Assembly: GCA_938084645.1 (NCBI GenBank)
Contig: CALKEP010000008.1
Coordinates: 64,001 to 128,000 of the forward strand
DNA length: 64,000 nucleotides
From: an uncultured Phycisphaerales bacterium
GTDB taxonomy: Bacteria > Planctomycetota > Phycisphaerae > Phycisphaerales > SM1A02
Direction of reading: 5' to 3'
Part shown: positions 32,290 through 42,493 of the stretch, piece after piece
Numbering within the stretch: the stretch's first letter is position 1
How the letters are laid out: every line of letters starts with the position of its first letter
Made by a program: the position numbers and the translations under genes
The notes under the pieces: generated by a model
Databases searched by the model: none
Seen by the model: only the letters and a program-made list of their open reading frames with translations
Told to the model about the DNA's origin: nothing

Positions 32290-34104
32290 TCACCAGCCCG
32301 CGGGTCGGCCACCCTTCCGCGGGTCGCTGGCCGGTTCGAGTCCGTCCTCGTGCACCACGATCGCCTGTACGACGCCGACCGCACCGGTCTTCTCGACGGT
32401 GTGACCGACCGCCTCGAGTTCCGGGCGGAGCTCGACGATCCCATCTTCGAGTCGAAGCGTGTCGGGGTTCCACTGATGATGGAGGCGGGACGCGTTCACG
32501 GCGTCGGCTGCGGACCGACGGCCATGCAGGACCTCGAGGATGACCTGCAGGGTGCCGGTGATGATCCTCGGTCCACCGCTCGCGCCCGCGGTCATGCTGG
32601 TGCGACCGTCCTTCACGAGGATCGTCGGCGACATGCTCGAGAGCGGTCGCTTTCCCGGTTCGGGGAGATTCCGGTCCGACTGCCGAAGCCCGAAGAGATT
32701 GGCCTCTCCGGGAATGGTGGTGAAGTCGTTCATCTCGTTGTTCAGGACGATTCCGAGCCGCGGCACGGCGAGGAGGGAACCGAAACTGCCGTTGATGGTC
32801 TGGGTGCACGCGACGGTCATGCCATCGGCGTCGATGATGCTGAAATGGCTCGTGCCGGTGTCGCGGAGCAGGTCGGCCGTGCCACGCGATTCGATCACGC
32901 CACAGGCCTCGGCCGGCATGATCGCATCGAGGTCGATCCGGTCGGCGGCCGCTTCGATGGCGGCGGCGTCCAGGAGCGCATCCACCGGAACGTCGACGAA
33001 GTCCGCATCGGCGAGATGCCGGGCGCGATCCGCGAACGCGTGCCGCATCGACTCGGTGAGCAGGTGTGAATACCGGGCGGAGCCCGGCATGGGGGCGCCC
33101 GCCGAAGGAAGCCGATGCCGCATCATCGAGAGGACCTGGGCGATCGCGATGCCCCCGGAACTCGGCGGCGGCATCAGGATCGCGTCACATCCGTCGAACG
33201 CGTCGCGGATGATCAAGGGGGTTCGCCAGGCGACCCGGTAGTCCCGCAGGTCCGCCGGTTGCAGGACGCCGTCGTAGGCACGGTCGACTCCGGCCACGAG
33301 ATCCGCGGCCCCGTCGGGTCCGGACCAGGCGGCCAGACCTTCCCGGCCGAAGCGTTCGAGGAACACCGCGAGCTCGGGCTGCCGAATCACGTCGCCCGTC
33401 TCGAGGTCGCCGCTGCCGCAGAGACGGTTCCAGACCCAGCGGCTCGTGGGTCTGAGATCGGGATGTCGCGTGCGGGTCCGGCGAACCGCGTCGACCGCGG
33501 CGAGATGATTCGCGTCCACGCGGAATCCGTCCCGGGCCGCGCGGACCGCGGGTTCGACCAGGCGAGCCAGCGGGAGCGAACCGAATCGGTCGTGCGCCGC
33601 GACCATGCCGGGGAGTTGGCCGGGAACCGCGACGGCGCGACCACCGAAGCGGCTCGGGTCGTATCCGCTGGCGGTGGGCGGAAGCGAGACGTAGTAGTCC
33701 GGGCCGACGCCGGCCGGAGAGGTCTCTCGGAAGTCGAGCGCGATCGATTCTCCGGTCGCCGGATCGAACACGAGCATGAACCCGCCGCCACCGAGACCGC
33801 AGGAATAGGGCCGCGTGACGGAGAGCGTGAGGGCGGTGGCGATCGCCGCATCGACCGCGTTGCCTCCGGCCTTCAGGATCTCGACTCCCGCCTCGCTCGC
33901 CAGCGCCGAATCCGCCGCCACGGCTCCATTGGCGAATCGCAGGGGCGGTGGGGTCGGGGGCGATGGTTCCGGGAGCGGTGCTGCATCGGCGTTCGGATCG
34001 ACGGCCACCTTCGTCGAGTCGACGCAACCGGCATTCGCCGACATGATCAGCGACACGAGCAGGGGACCGAGAACAGCAGGGGTGATCCGGAAGACCAGTC
34101 GCAT
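32290..34104 (-). CDS. ggt: Gamma-glutamyltransferase (probable lipoprotein)
   Basis: GGNAVDAA, GLGGGGF, DFRET, PPSSGG, nucleophile TSHFS, LNNEMNDF, KRPLSSMSP and DPRKGG motifs; lipobox-like NAG-C. Confidence 0.95.
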   Translation of the reverse strand: MRLVFRITPAVLGPLLVSLIMSANAGCVDSTKVAVDPNADAAPLPEPSPPTPPPLRFANGAVAADSALASEAGVEILKAGGNAVDAAIATALTLSVTRPYSCGLGGGGFMLVFDPATGESIALDFRETSPAGVGPDYYVSLPPTASGYDPSRFGGRAVAVPGQLPGMVAAHDRFGSLPLARLVEPAVRAARDGFRVDANHLAAVDAVRRTRTRHPDLRPTSRWVWNRLCGSGDLETGDVIRQPELAVFLERFGREGLAAWSGPDGAADLVAGVDRAYDGVLQPADLRDYRVAWRTPLIIRDAFDGCDAILMPPPSSGGIAIAQVLSMMRHRLPSAGAPMPGSARYSHLLTESMRHAFADRARHLADADFVDVPVDALLDAAAIEAAADRIDLDAIMPAEACGVIESRGTADLLRDTGTSHFSIIDADGMTVACTQTINGSFGSLLAVPRLGIVLNNEMNDFTTIPGEANLFGLRQSDRNLPEPGKRPLSSMSPTILVKDGRTSMTAGASGGPRIITGTLQVILEVLHGRRSAADAVNASRLHHQWNPDTLRLEDGIVELRPELEAVGHTVEKTGAVGVVQAIVVHEDGLEPASDPRKGGRPAGW

Positions 34105-34424
34105 GCGAGCGCTCCGAGGATTCGATGCGGGAGGACGAAGGAGGCGAGCGGAGTCTAGACTGAGAAGGATTCCGTCGTGAGCGGCCATCCCCTCCGTCGA
34201 ACATCCCCGGAGCCACTTCCATGTCCGAAATCGGAATCGAACAGCTCGTTGTCCTCGGTGGCCAAGGGGCTCTGGCGGCGTTCGACCGGCACGACGGCCG
34301 AACAGCCCCGAAGGCCGAAGCGTCCGAGTTCGCGGTGACGCCCCGGTGATCGTCGGGACGCGGACGAACCGGGACGATGATGCGGTCGCCGCGGGAAACG
34401 CAGGCATGGGAACCTGAAAGCACG

Positions 34425-35588
34425 ATGTCGGACACCTATCTCGACCACAACGCCACGACGCCACCGCTCCCCGCGGTGATCGACGCCATGCTCGATTGCC
34501 TCCGTGGCGATTGGGCGAATCCTTCCAGCACGCATCGCGAGGGAATCGCGGCGCGGCGGCGAATCGAACTCGCGCGAGAGTCCATCGGACGATTGATCGG
34601 TTGCCGGCCGAGGGATCTGCTGCTCTGCTCCGGTGGCACCGAGGCGGCGAATCTCGCGCTGCGGGGTTCACTTCACGCGCAGTCCGGCCGGACCGCGATC
34701 GCGACGAGTCGTCATGAACATTCCGCGGTCCGCGAGACCGCGGAAGCGCTCGGGAAGTCGGGGACGACCGTGCACTGGCTCGAGCATGGCGACGACGGCA
34801 GGATCGATCTCGATGCGCTGGAGACGCTTCTGGTCGCGGAGGGTGAGTCGATCGCGGTGCTCAGCGTGATGTGGGTCAACAACGAGACCGGCGTGATCCA
34901 GCCGGTCCCCGAGATCGGTCGCCTCTGTCGTGAGCACGGGGTTCGATTCCACACCGATGCGGTCCAGGCGGTGGGGCGGATGCCCGTCGACTGCGCTTCG
35001 CTCGACGTCGATCTCCTCTCCTTCGCCGCCCACAAGTTTCACGGGCCGAAGGGGGCGGGGGGGATGTTCGTGTCGCGGGGAACGCGGCTCGCGCCGGGGA
35101 TCACCGGCGGTTCGCAGGAACGTGAGCGGCGTGGAGGCACCGAGAACGTCGCGGCGATCGCCGGCATGGGCGTCGCCGCCGACGCGGCGACGGCGTGGAT
35201 GGAGTCCGCCTCCTGGGCCGAACTCGAGTCTCGTCGAGACGGCTTCGAGGCCGCGGTTCGTGCCGCATGCCCCGAGGTCGCGGTGAACGGCGGCCGGGCG
35301 CCGCGACTGTGGACGACGTCGAATCTCGGTTTTCCTCGGTTGTCGGCGGAGGCGATCCTGATGTCGTTGAGTGAGCGGGGCATCGCGGCGAGTGCCGGCG
35401 CCGCCTGTGCGAGTGGTTCCCTCGAACCATCGCCCATCCTGCTCGCGATGGGCGTGCCGGAGGCGATCGCCCACGGCTCGGTGCGATTCTCCTTCTCGCG
35501 GGAGACCACGAACGACGAGATCGCGCGGGGCGTCGCCGCGATCGGCGAGGTGGTCGAGCGTCTTGCTCGCGACTTGCCCGCATCCTGA
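34425..35588 (+). CDS. iscS: Cysteine desulfurase (IscS/NifS class)
   Basis: YLDHNATT, NPSS, SGGTEA, NNETG, HTDAVQ, AHKFHGPKG, GGTENV and catalytic SAGAACASG motifs. Confidence 0.92.
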   Translation: MSDTYLDHNATTPPLPAVIDAMLDCLRGDWANPSSTHREGIAARRRIELARESIGRLIGCRPRDLLLCSGGTEAANLALRGSLHAQSGRTAIATSRHEHSAVRETAEALGKSGTTVHWLEHGDDGRIDLDALETLLVAEGESIAVLSVMWVNNETGVIQPVPEIGRLCREHGVRFHTDAVQAVGRMPVDCASLDVDLLSFAAHKFHGPKGAGGMFVSRGTRLAPGITGGSQERERRGGTENVAAIAGMGVAADAATAWMESASWAELESRRDGFEAAVRAACPEVAVNGGRAPRLWTTSNLGFPRLSAEAILMSLSERGIAASAGAACASGSLEPSPILLAMGVPEAIAHGSVRFSFSRETTNDEIARGVAAIGEVVERLARDLPAS

Positions 35589-35623
35589 GCCGAACACACT
35601 CGATTCGCGGGAGCGGCGTTTCC

Positions 35624-37288
35624 TCAATGCCGGCCGCGAAGCTCCCGGTACTTCCGAATCAGTGAATTCGTCGACGAGTCGTGGCCGAGTTTCGGGCGGT
35701 CCTTCGACTTCAGCTCCGGGATCATCGCCTGGGCGAGTTTCTTGCCCAGCTCGACCCCCCACTGATCGAACGAGTTGATTCGCCAGATCGATCCCTGCAC
35801 GAAGACCTTGTGCTCGTAGAGGGCGATGAGCCGACCGAGCATGCGCGGGGTCAGCTTGTCGCAGAGGAAGGTGCTGGTGGGACGGTTTCCCTCCATCTCC
35901 TTGTGCGGGGCGAGCCACGCGGGGACGCCTTCCGCCTCGATGTCGGCGACGCTCTTTCCGAACGCCAGCGCCTCGGTCTGGGCGAAGACGTTGGCCACCA
36001 GCTTGTCGTGATGATCGCCGATCCTGTTCACCGGGTCCGCGAACACGATGAAGTCCGCCGGCACCATGCGGGTCCCCTGGTGGATCATCTGATAGAAGGC
36101 GTGCTGGCCGTTGGTCCCGGGCTGGCCCCAGATCGCGGGGCAGGTCCCCCAGCCGACGTGCTTGCCGTCGAGCTGGGTGTGCTTGCCGTTGGATTCCATC
36201 TCCAGTTGCTGGAGGTAGGCGCTGAACCGATCGAGATACTGGTCGTACGGCAGGATCGCCACCGTGCCCGCATCCCAGAAGTCCGCGTACCAGAGGCCGA
36301 TGAGGGCCTGGATCATCGGCAGGTTCCGGGTCATCGGCGTCTTCCGGAAGTGCTCGTCCATGTCGTGGAAGCCGTCGAGCAGCTCGCGGAACCGCTTCGG
36401 TCCGATCGCGATCATGGTGCTCAGGCCGACCGCGGAATCCATCGAGTACCGGCCGCCGACCCAGTCCCAGAATCCGAACATGTTCCGGGTGTCGATGCCG
36501 AACTTCGCGACCTCCTCCGCGTTGGTCGAGACGGCGACGAAGTGCTTCGCGCTCGCGGCCGCGTCGCCGTCGAAGGCCTTGAGGACCCACTTTCGGGCGG
36601 TGTGGGCGTTGGTCATCGTCTCGAGCGTGGTGAAGGTCTTGCTGCAGACGATGAAGAGCGTCTCCTCGGGATCGAGATCGAGCGTCTTCTCGTGGAAGTC
36701 GTTGGCGTCGACATTGGAGACGAAGCGGACCGTGAGCCCGCGATCGGAGTATTTCCGGAGGGCGTCGTAGGCCATGGCGGGGCCGAGGTCGCTGCCGCCG
36801 ATGCCGATGTTCACGACGTTCCGGATGGGGCGGCCCGAATGACCGAGCCAGCGTCCGCGCCGGATCTTGTTGGCGAAGGCGCCCATGCGTCGGAGGACTT
36901 CGTGGACCGCGGGCACGACGTTCTCGCCGTCCACCTCGATGATCGCGTCCGCCGGCGCTCGAAGCGCCGTGTGCAGGACCGCCCGATCCTCGGTGATGTT
37001 GATCTTCTCGCCCTTGAACATCGCGTTCCGATGCTTCTCGACCCCGGCGGCGCGGGCGAGCTCGAAGAGGAGCTTCATGGTCTCGGCGTCGACGAGGTGC
37101 TTGGACCAGTCGAAGTGGATCCCCAGGGCCTCGGTCGAGCATCGGGTCCCCCGTCGGCGATCGGCGGCGAAGAGTTCGGTGAGCGAGGTCCGCCCCATCT
37201 TCTTCCGGTGGCGTGCCAGTGCCTTCCACTCCGGAAGCCGGTCGATTCGGGGACGATCGATGATGCTCTTGACGCTCTTCGCGGTCAT
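35624..37288 (-). CDS. pgi: Glucose-6-phosphate isomerase
   Basis: [34 protein letters not shown] and [10 protein letters not shown] motifs. Confidence 0.98.
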   Translation of the reverse strand: MTAKSVKSIIDRPRIDRLPEWKALARHRKKMGRTSLTELFAADRRRGTRCSTEALGIHFDWSKHLVDAETMKLLFELARAAGVEKHRNAMFKGEKINITEDRAVLHTALRAPADAIIEVDGENVVPAVHEVLRRMGAFANKIRRGRWLGHSGRPIRNVVNIGIGGSDLGPAMAYDALRKYSDRGLTVRFVSNVDANDFHEKTLDLDPEETLFIVCSKTFTTLETMTNAHTARKWVLKAFDGDAAASAKHFVAVSTNAEEVAKFGIDTRNMFGFWDWVGGRYSMDSAVGLSTMIAIGPKRFRELLDGFHDMDEHFRKTPMTRNLPMIQALIGLWYADFWDAGTVAILPYDQYLDRFSAYLQQLEMESNGKHTQLDGKHVGWGTCPAIWGQPGTNGQHAFYQMIHQGTRMVPADFIVFADPVNRIGDHHDKLVANVFAQTEALAFGKSVADIEAEGVPAWLAPHKEMEGNRPTSTFLCDKLTPRMLGRLIALYEHKVFVQGSIWRINSFDQWGVELGKKLAQAMIPELKSKDRPKLGHDSSTNSLIRKYRELRGRH

Positions 37289-37434
37289 GGTCGGCTCGCT
37301 CCGGTCGGGGTCGTTCGGGGGTGGCGGCGATCCGCCGATTGTTCCCGTGATACGCTGCGGCTCGAAACTACCAGAACCCGACCGGGATCGTTCCCGTCGG
37401 AACGACCGGACGCACGAACCTCGAGGATTCTCCG

Positions 37435-38517
37435 ATGCCCGCGACCCGCGATCTTCACGAACTCGGCCAGAGCCTCTGGCTCGACAACATCACCCGCGAG
37501 ATCCTCGACGACGGGACGCTGCAGCGATACATCGACGACCTGTCGGTCACCGGACTCACGTCCAATCCCTCGATCTTTCAGAAGGCGATCGGAGGGTCCG
37601 ACGGCTACGACGATCAGATCCGGGAACTGCTCGGGCAGGGGCTCGACACCGAGCCGCTCTTCTTCGAACTCGCCATTCGTGATCTTCAGCGGGCGGCGGA
37701 CCTCTTCAAGCCGATCCACGAGGCGACCGACGGGGTCGACGGCTGGGTGAGTCTCGAGGTCTCGCCGCTGCTCGCCAACGACACCGAGAACACGATCACC
37801 CAGGCGAAGGAACTTCACGCCAAGGCCGGACGTGACAACCTCTTCATCAAGGTCCCCGGGACCCGCGAGGGTCTGCCCGCGATCGAGGAACTGATCTTCG
37901 CCGGCGTTCCGGTCAACGTGACGCTGCTCTTCTCCCGCGAGCATTATCTCGCCGCGGCGGAGGCCTACACCCGAGGCGTCGAACGCCGTGTGGCGGCCGG
38001 GCTCGATCCGTTCGTCTGCTCCGTCGCGAGCCTCTTCATCTCGCGATGGGACAAGGGGACGGCCGACGTGCTCGAAGGCGATCTCAAGAACGCGGCGGGC
38101 ATCGCGATCGGCGAGCGGACCTACAAGTCCTTCCACGAATTCATCAACGGCGAACGGTGGGCCGAGCTCAAGGAGCACGGTGCGAAGCCCCAGCGGCTGC
38201 TGATGGCGAGCACCGGCACCAAGGATCCGGCGTTGCCCGACACGCTCTACGTCACCTCGCTGGCGGCGCCCGACACCGTGAACACCATGCCCGAGAAGAC
38301 GCTCCTCGCCTTCGCGGATCATGGCGTGCTCGACGGCCCGATGCCGCTCGACGGTGGTGATTGCGAAGCGGTGCTCGCTGGAATCACCCGGGCTGGAGTG
38401 GATCTCGACGCGCTGGCGGAACGACTCCAGGTCGAGGGTCGGGACTCCTTCGATGCGGCATGGCATGCGATGATCGCGGACATCGCGGCCAAGGCCGAGG
38501 CGGTCGGCAAGGGCTGA
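37435..38517 (+). CDS. tal: Transaldolase (type 2)
   Basis: [43 protein letters not shown] and TVNTMP motifs. Confidence 0.95.
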   Translation: MPATRDLHELGQSLWLDNITREILDDGTLQRYIDDLSVTGLTSNPSIFQKAIGGSDGYDDQIRELLGQGLDTEPLFFELAIRDLQRAADLFKPIHEATDGVDGWVSLEVSPLLANDTENTITQAKELHAKAGRDNLFIKVPGTREGLPAIEELIFAGVPVNVTLLFSREHYLAAAEAYTRGVERRVAAGLDPFVCSVASLFISRWDKGTADVLEGDLKNAAGIAIGERTYKSFHEFINGERWAELKEHGAKPQRLLMASTGTKDPALPDTLYVTSLAAPDTVNTMPEKTLLAFADHGVLDGPMPLDGGDCEAVLAGITRAGVDLDALAERLQVEGRDSFDAAWHAMIADIAAKAEAVGKG

Positions 38518-38557
38518 TCGTGCAGGGCAGCGGCCCGAATCCCGGCGAGCCCGGGCG

Positions 38558-39940
38558 ATGACAACCCCGCCCCGTCCGGAAGGCCCGGTGTCTCCAGGAC
38601 CGGTACGGGCGGGACAACCCCAGAACGGCAGTCGCGTGAACAAACTCCTCGACGAACTCACCTGGCGCGGATTGCTGCACCAGAGCACCTCGGAATTCCT
38701 CGGCGACCATCTCGCGGCGGAATCCCGCCACGGGTACGTCGGATTCGATCCGACCGCCGACAGTCTCACGATCGGCAATCTCGTGCCGATCATGCTGCTC
38801 GCCCACTTCCAGCGGGCCGGGCATCATCCGGTGGTGGTGATGGGCGGCGGCACCGGTCTGATCGGCGATCCGTCCGGCAAGAGCGCGGAGCGACCGCTGC
38901 TGACGGCGGAGCAGGTCGCCCGGAACGTGGAGGCCCAGCGATCGATCTTCGAGCGGGTCCTCGATTTCTCGGAGTCGTGCGGGAATCGCGCCGTGATCGT
39001 GGACAACCTCGAATGGCTCTCGCGAATCGGCTTCATCGAGCTTCTCCGCGACGTCGGGAAGCACTTCTCGGTGAACGTGATGATGCAGAAGGAGTCGGTG
39101 AGTTCACGCCTGAACGAGCGTGAGCAGGGGATCAGCTACACCGAGTTCAGCTATCAGATCCTGCAGGCCTACGACTTCCTTCATCTCCATCGCACCCGGG
39201 GCGTGACGATCCAGATGGGCGGGAGCGATCAGTACGGCAACATCGTCGCGGGGATCGATCTCACCCGTCGTCTGGAGCGGAAGGACGACGGAGATGGCGT
39301 CGAGACGTTCGGGCTCACGTCACCGCTGGTCACCAAGGCGGATGGGGGCAAGTTCGGCAAGTCCGAGACCGGGGCGATCTGGCTCACGGCGGACCGCACC
39401 AGCCCGTATCGGTTCCACCAGTTCTGGCTGAATTCGTCCGACGAGGACGTGATCAACTTCCTGAAGTGGTTCACCTTCCTCGGCCGCGAGGAGATCGAGG
39501 CCCTCGCCGCCGCGAACGTCGACCGTCCGCAGGAGCGGGCGGCCCAGCGGCGTCTGGCGGACGAGGTCACGGCCATGATGCACGGCGCCGCCGCGGTCGA
39601 CTCGGCGCGGGCCGCGGCCGCAGCGCTCTTCAGTGGCGAGGTCCGGGGCCTCGACGCCCCGACCCTGCAGGCGATCGCGGAGGATCTTCGATCCGAAACG
39701 ATGTCGCGTCGCGACCTTCTCGGGGCGGAGCCGCCGACCATCGGTGCGGCCCTGCGATCCCTCGGTCTCGCGTCGAGCAACCGCGAGGTCCGGGAGTTCA
39801 TCAAGAGCGGCGCCGTCCGGATCAACGGTGACCCGGTCGCGGAGGATCGCCCGCTGGACGCGGATGATCTCCTGCACGACGCCTGCACCCTGCTCCGACG
39901 GGGCCGGAAGAACTGGGGCGTGATCACCTGGGTGGATTGA
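38558..39940 (+). CDS. tyrS: Tyrosyl-tRNA synthetase
   Basis: YVGFDPTADSL, IGDPSGK, EFSYQILQAYD, GGSDQYGNI and KFGKS motifs plus an S4-like C-terminus. Alternative GTG start at 38636. Confidence 0.97.
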   Translation: MTTPPRPEGPVSPGPVRAGQPQNGSRVNKLLDELTWRGLLHQSTSEFLGDHLAAESRHGYVGFDPTADSLTIGNLVPIMLLAHFQRAGHHPVVVMGGGTGLIGDPSGKSAERPLLTAEQVARNVEAQRSIFERVLDFSESCGNRAVIVDNLEWLSRIGFIELLRDVGKHFSVNVMMQKESVSSRLNEREQGISYTEFSYQILQAYDFLHLHRTRGVTIQMGGSDQYGNIVAGIDLTRRLERKDDGDGVETFGLTSPLVTKADGGKFGKSETGAIWLTADRTSPYRFHQFWLNSSDEDVINFLKWFTFLGREEIEALAAANVDRPQERAAQRRLADEVTAMMHGAAAVDSARAAAAALFSGEVRGLDAPTLQAIAEDLRSETMSRRDLLGAEPPTIGAALRSLGLASSNREVREFIKSGAVRINGDPVAEDRPLDADDLLHDACTLLRRGRKNWGVITWVD

Positions 39941-39982
39941 TGAACCGTCCGCCCGCTCGACTCGAAGCGGCACGGGACCCGG

Positions 39983-41017
39983 TCAGGGCTGTCGCACGCG
40001 ATCTTCGATCCTGATCGAGATGGTGGGACTGGTATCGGGCTTCTCGCCGATGCGGGCGACCTCGACGCCCCGGGGAAGCCGCCACATCGAGATCCTCGTC
40101 TCCTGGATCCGGTTCGCGAGGTCGTCGCTGGTCAGGTGGATGAACGCGATCACGTTCGCGCGGCCGTTCGCCACGTCGTCGATCGCCGCCTTCGGCCCCC
40201 GAAGCGTCACGTCGCGGAGGAAGACCGAGGCCGGGTCGATGGTCACTTCGTACTGGTCGAGGTCGGCGGGTGGGCCCGAGACCTGGACGGGGATCGAAGG
40301 CACCACGATCGAGGCGTCGGTCGACACGAGATCGAGACCGACCCGGGCCTTCCGAGGGGTCATTCGGATCGCGTCCGACTGGCCGTCGATCCGTTCGGGA
40401 AGCACGAGCACCACTTCCAGTTCATGTCGTCGGCCCGGTGCGAGGTCGGCGACGTCGGCGTCATCGACGAGGGCGGTGACCGACAGGCCGGGAAGATCGG
40501 CGAGGGTGGTGGGAAGCAGGAGTTCCACCTCGGCGGGGACGACGTCGACGGCATTGGTGGTCTGCACGCCGTCGGGCAGATCAACGACGACCGGAACCCG
40601 TCGACGCTCCAGCGACTCGATCGTGATCCGGGCCGTCTGGGGATCCGCGGCCAGCACGGTCACCGCGATCTCGTCCGCGTCGAGGAACGCCTGGCCGAGC
40701 GCCAGGAGATCGATCTCGTGTTCGCCAGGCGCGGAGGGGACTCCAAGGGTGCCGATGGGGACCTCCAGCGCTTCCCGGAAGCGGGAGGCGACCGCGTCGA
40801 CCTCGCGTCGCGGACCTCTGACCTGGAAACTGACCGAGGTGAGCTCTTCGGGGGAGATGCGAACCGAATCCCTCGTCTGGCCGGTGAAACGAAGATCGGA
40901 GAAGGACGTGATCTCCTCCCGGGTCTCGCCCGCCGCCCAGATCCAGATGAGGACGGTGACCAGGGTGACCGTCACCAGATTGGTGATGCGCTCGCGTCGG
41001 GTCTCCATGTCTGCCAT
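39983..41017 (-). CDS. YbbR/CdaR-like membrane-anchored protein
   Basis: N-terminal TM ending IWIWA, then repeated beta-rich units with V..RGP motifs; immediately downstream of the diadenylate cyclase. Confidence 0.7.
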   Translation of the reverse strand: MADMETRRERITNLVTVTLVTVLIWIWAAGETREEITSFSDLRFTGQTRDSVRISPEELTSVSFQVRGPRREVDAVASRFREALEVPIGTLGVPSAPGEHEIDLLALGQAFLDADEIAVTVLAADPQTARITIESLERRRVPVVVDLPDGVQTTNAVDVVPAEVELLLPTTLADLPGLSVTALVDDADVADLAPGRRHELEVVLVLPERIDGQSDAIRMTPRKARVGLDLVSTDASIVVPSIPVQVSGPPADLDQYEVTIDPASVFLRDVTLRGPKAAIDDVANGRANVIAFIHLTSDDLANRIQETRISMWRLPRGVEVARIGEKPDTSPTISIRIEDRVRQP

Positions 41018-41018
41018 G

Positions 41019-41855
41019 TCAGGCGATCTCCTCTGTCTCGTTCGGCGCCGTCGTTTCACGGACGGCGGAGAAACGCCGCGTGAACTCCTCGGCGAATCGC
41101 TCCCGCGCGATCGGAGGGGAGAGGATGCCATCTTCCGCGATTCGAACCCGCCCGTTCTCCTCGCTCACGACCACGACCAGGCAGTCGGAATCGAGCGTGA
41201 CGCCGACCGCCGCCCGGTGGCGGCTTCCCAACTGGCTGGGCACCATCCCCGAGGGCGCCAACGGCAGCTGGACCTTCGCCGCCGCGATTCGATCGCCGCG
41301 GACCACCACCGCCAGGTCGTGGAGCGGGTTGTTCGGATAGAAGATCGACTGGAGCAGCCGCGGGTCGGCGAGGGCGTCGATCGGCACCGAGTTCCGAAGC
41401 AGGGACTCGAGCCCGAGCGTCCGTTCGAAGACGATGATCGCGCCGAACTGGCTCTTCGCGAGAAAATCGACCGCCTCGGTCACCGCGGTCACCACCCGGT
41501 CCCGGGCCACCGGGCTCTTCCCGAAGATCTTCGCGCGGCCCAGCGTGATCATCGCCTGCCGAAGTTCGGGCTGGAACACCACGACCAGCATGATCGCGAC
41601 GAGGCCGACCACCCGGTCGCCGAGGAAACGGACCCGGCCCAGCGTGTCGCTCGCATCGCCGGTCAGCCGGAGGAGGATCGCCACCACCACCACCAGCACC
41701 GCAAAGCCGCGAATGACGCCGGCGCCGCTCGAGCGACGAAGGAACCGGAGGATCATCCAGACGACCAGCCAGATGATCGACAGCTCGACGACGAGCTCGA
41801 TGGGCTCGTAGCCACGGAAAACGTCGAGGAATGCTGGAAGTCGAAGGCTGTCCAT
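41019..41855 (-). CDS. cdaA: Diadenylate cyclase CdaA/DacA
   Basis: Three N-terminal TMs; VVFQPELR, GAIIVFER, IFYPNNPLHDLA, LGSRHRAAVG and VVSEENG motifs. Confidence 0.9.
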   Translation of the reverse strand: MDSLRLPAFLDVFRGYEPIELVVELSIIWLVVWMILRFLRRSSGAGVIRGFAVLVVVVAILLRLTGDASDTLGRVRFLGDRVVGLVAIMLVVVFQPELRQAMITLGRAKIFGKSPVARDRVVTAVTEAVDFLAKSQFGAIIVFERTLGLESLLRNSVPIDALADPRLLQSIFYPNNPLHDLAVVVRGDRIAAAKVQLPLAPSGMVPSQLGSRHRAAVGVTLDSDCLVVVVSEENGRVRIAEDGILSPPIARERFAEEFTRRFSAVRETTAPNETEEIA

Positions 41856-41928
41856 GCTCGGGACCGAGTATATCGAAGCGGGCGCGGGAGGCCGTTCGGG
41901 CCGGGGCCGGCTCGGCTAGGATGGAAGC

Positions 41929-42486
41929 ATGTCGACGATGTTGAAGGGTCTGGTGATCGGTCGGTCCACGGGACGTTGTGCCGAGACGGAGGCGGAGCTC
42001 GCGGTGGGGACACCGTGCATCGCCGCGTTGGTGCGTCCGCTGGCGACCGAGACGCGAACGGATCGCCCCGTGCTCGAGCGGCTCGATTTCGAGCCCGGAG
42101 CCTGGGAGGCCGGTGACGCGGCGCGTCGCCTCGGTGACCGATTGCTCTGCTGGTGGCGGACCGAGATCCCGGATCCCGGATCCAAACGGCAGATGTTCGT
42201 CGACGACGAGACGCTCGTGGACCTCTTCGAACGCATGGTCGCGGAGGAGGAGGCGGACCCCGGTCGCCGGGCGTTCCGGTTCGTCCTCGGCCTCATCCTG
42301 CTTCGGCGGCGGAAGATCCGCATGGTGGATCGAAGACGCGAGGGGGATGACGATCTCTGGGTGCTGAAGCGGGTCGGTGGCGGTGACGATGCGCCCCTGT
42401 GGTCCGTCACGGATCCCCGGCTCTCCGACGAAGACGCCGATGCGATCGCCGAGCAGTTGTCGACCATCCTCGCGGACGAGGGGTGA
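41929..42486 (+). CDS. Conserved-looking hypothetical cytoplasmic protein
   Basis: 185-aa ORF with RLDF...W, WWR and FRFVLGLILLRRRKI segments; TAGGAT lies 6 nt before the ATG. Confidence 0.75.
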   Translation: MSTMLKGLVIGRSTGRCAETEAELAVGTPCIAALVRPLATETRTDRPVLERLDFEPGAWEAGDAARRLGDRLLCWWRTEIPDPGSKRQMFVDDETLVDLFERMVAEEEADPGRRAFRFVLGLILLRRRKIRMVDRRREGDDDLWVLKRVGGGDDAPLWSVTDPRLSDEDADAIAEQLSTILADEG

Positions 42487-42493
42487 AGCCTTG

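Noticed and set aside
34221..34349. 42-codon ORF between ggt and iscS
   Set aside because: No recognisable motif or independent support.
35624..38517. Tal-Pgi fusion or operon
   Set aside because: The genes are separate and divergently oriented. Both are ordinary full-length enzymes.
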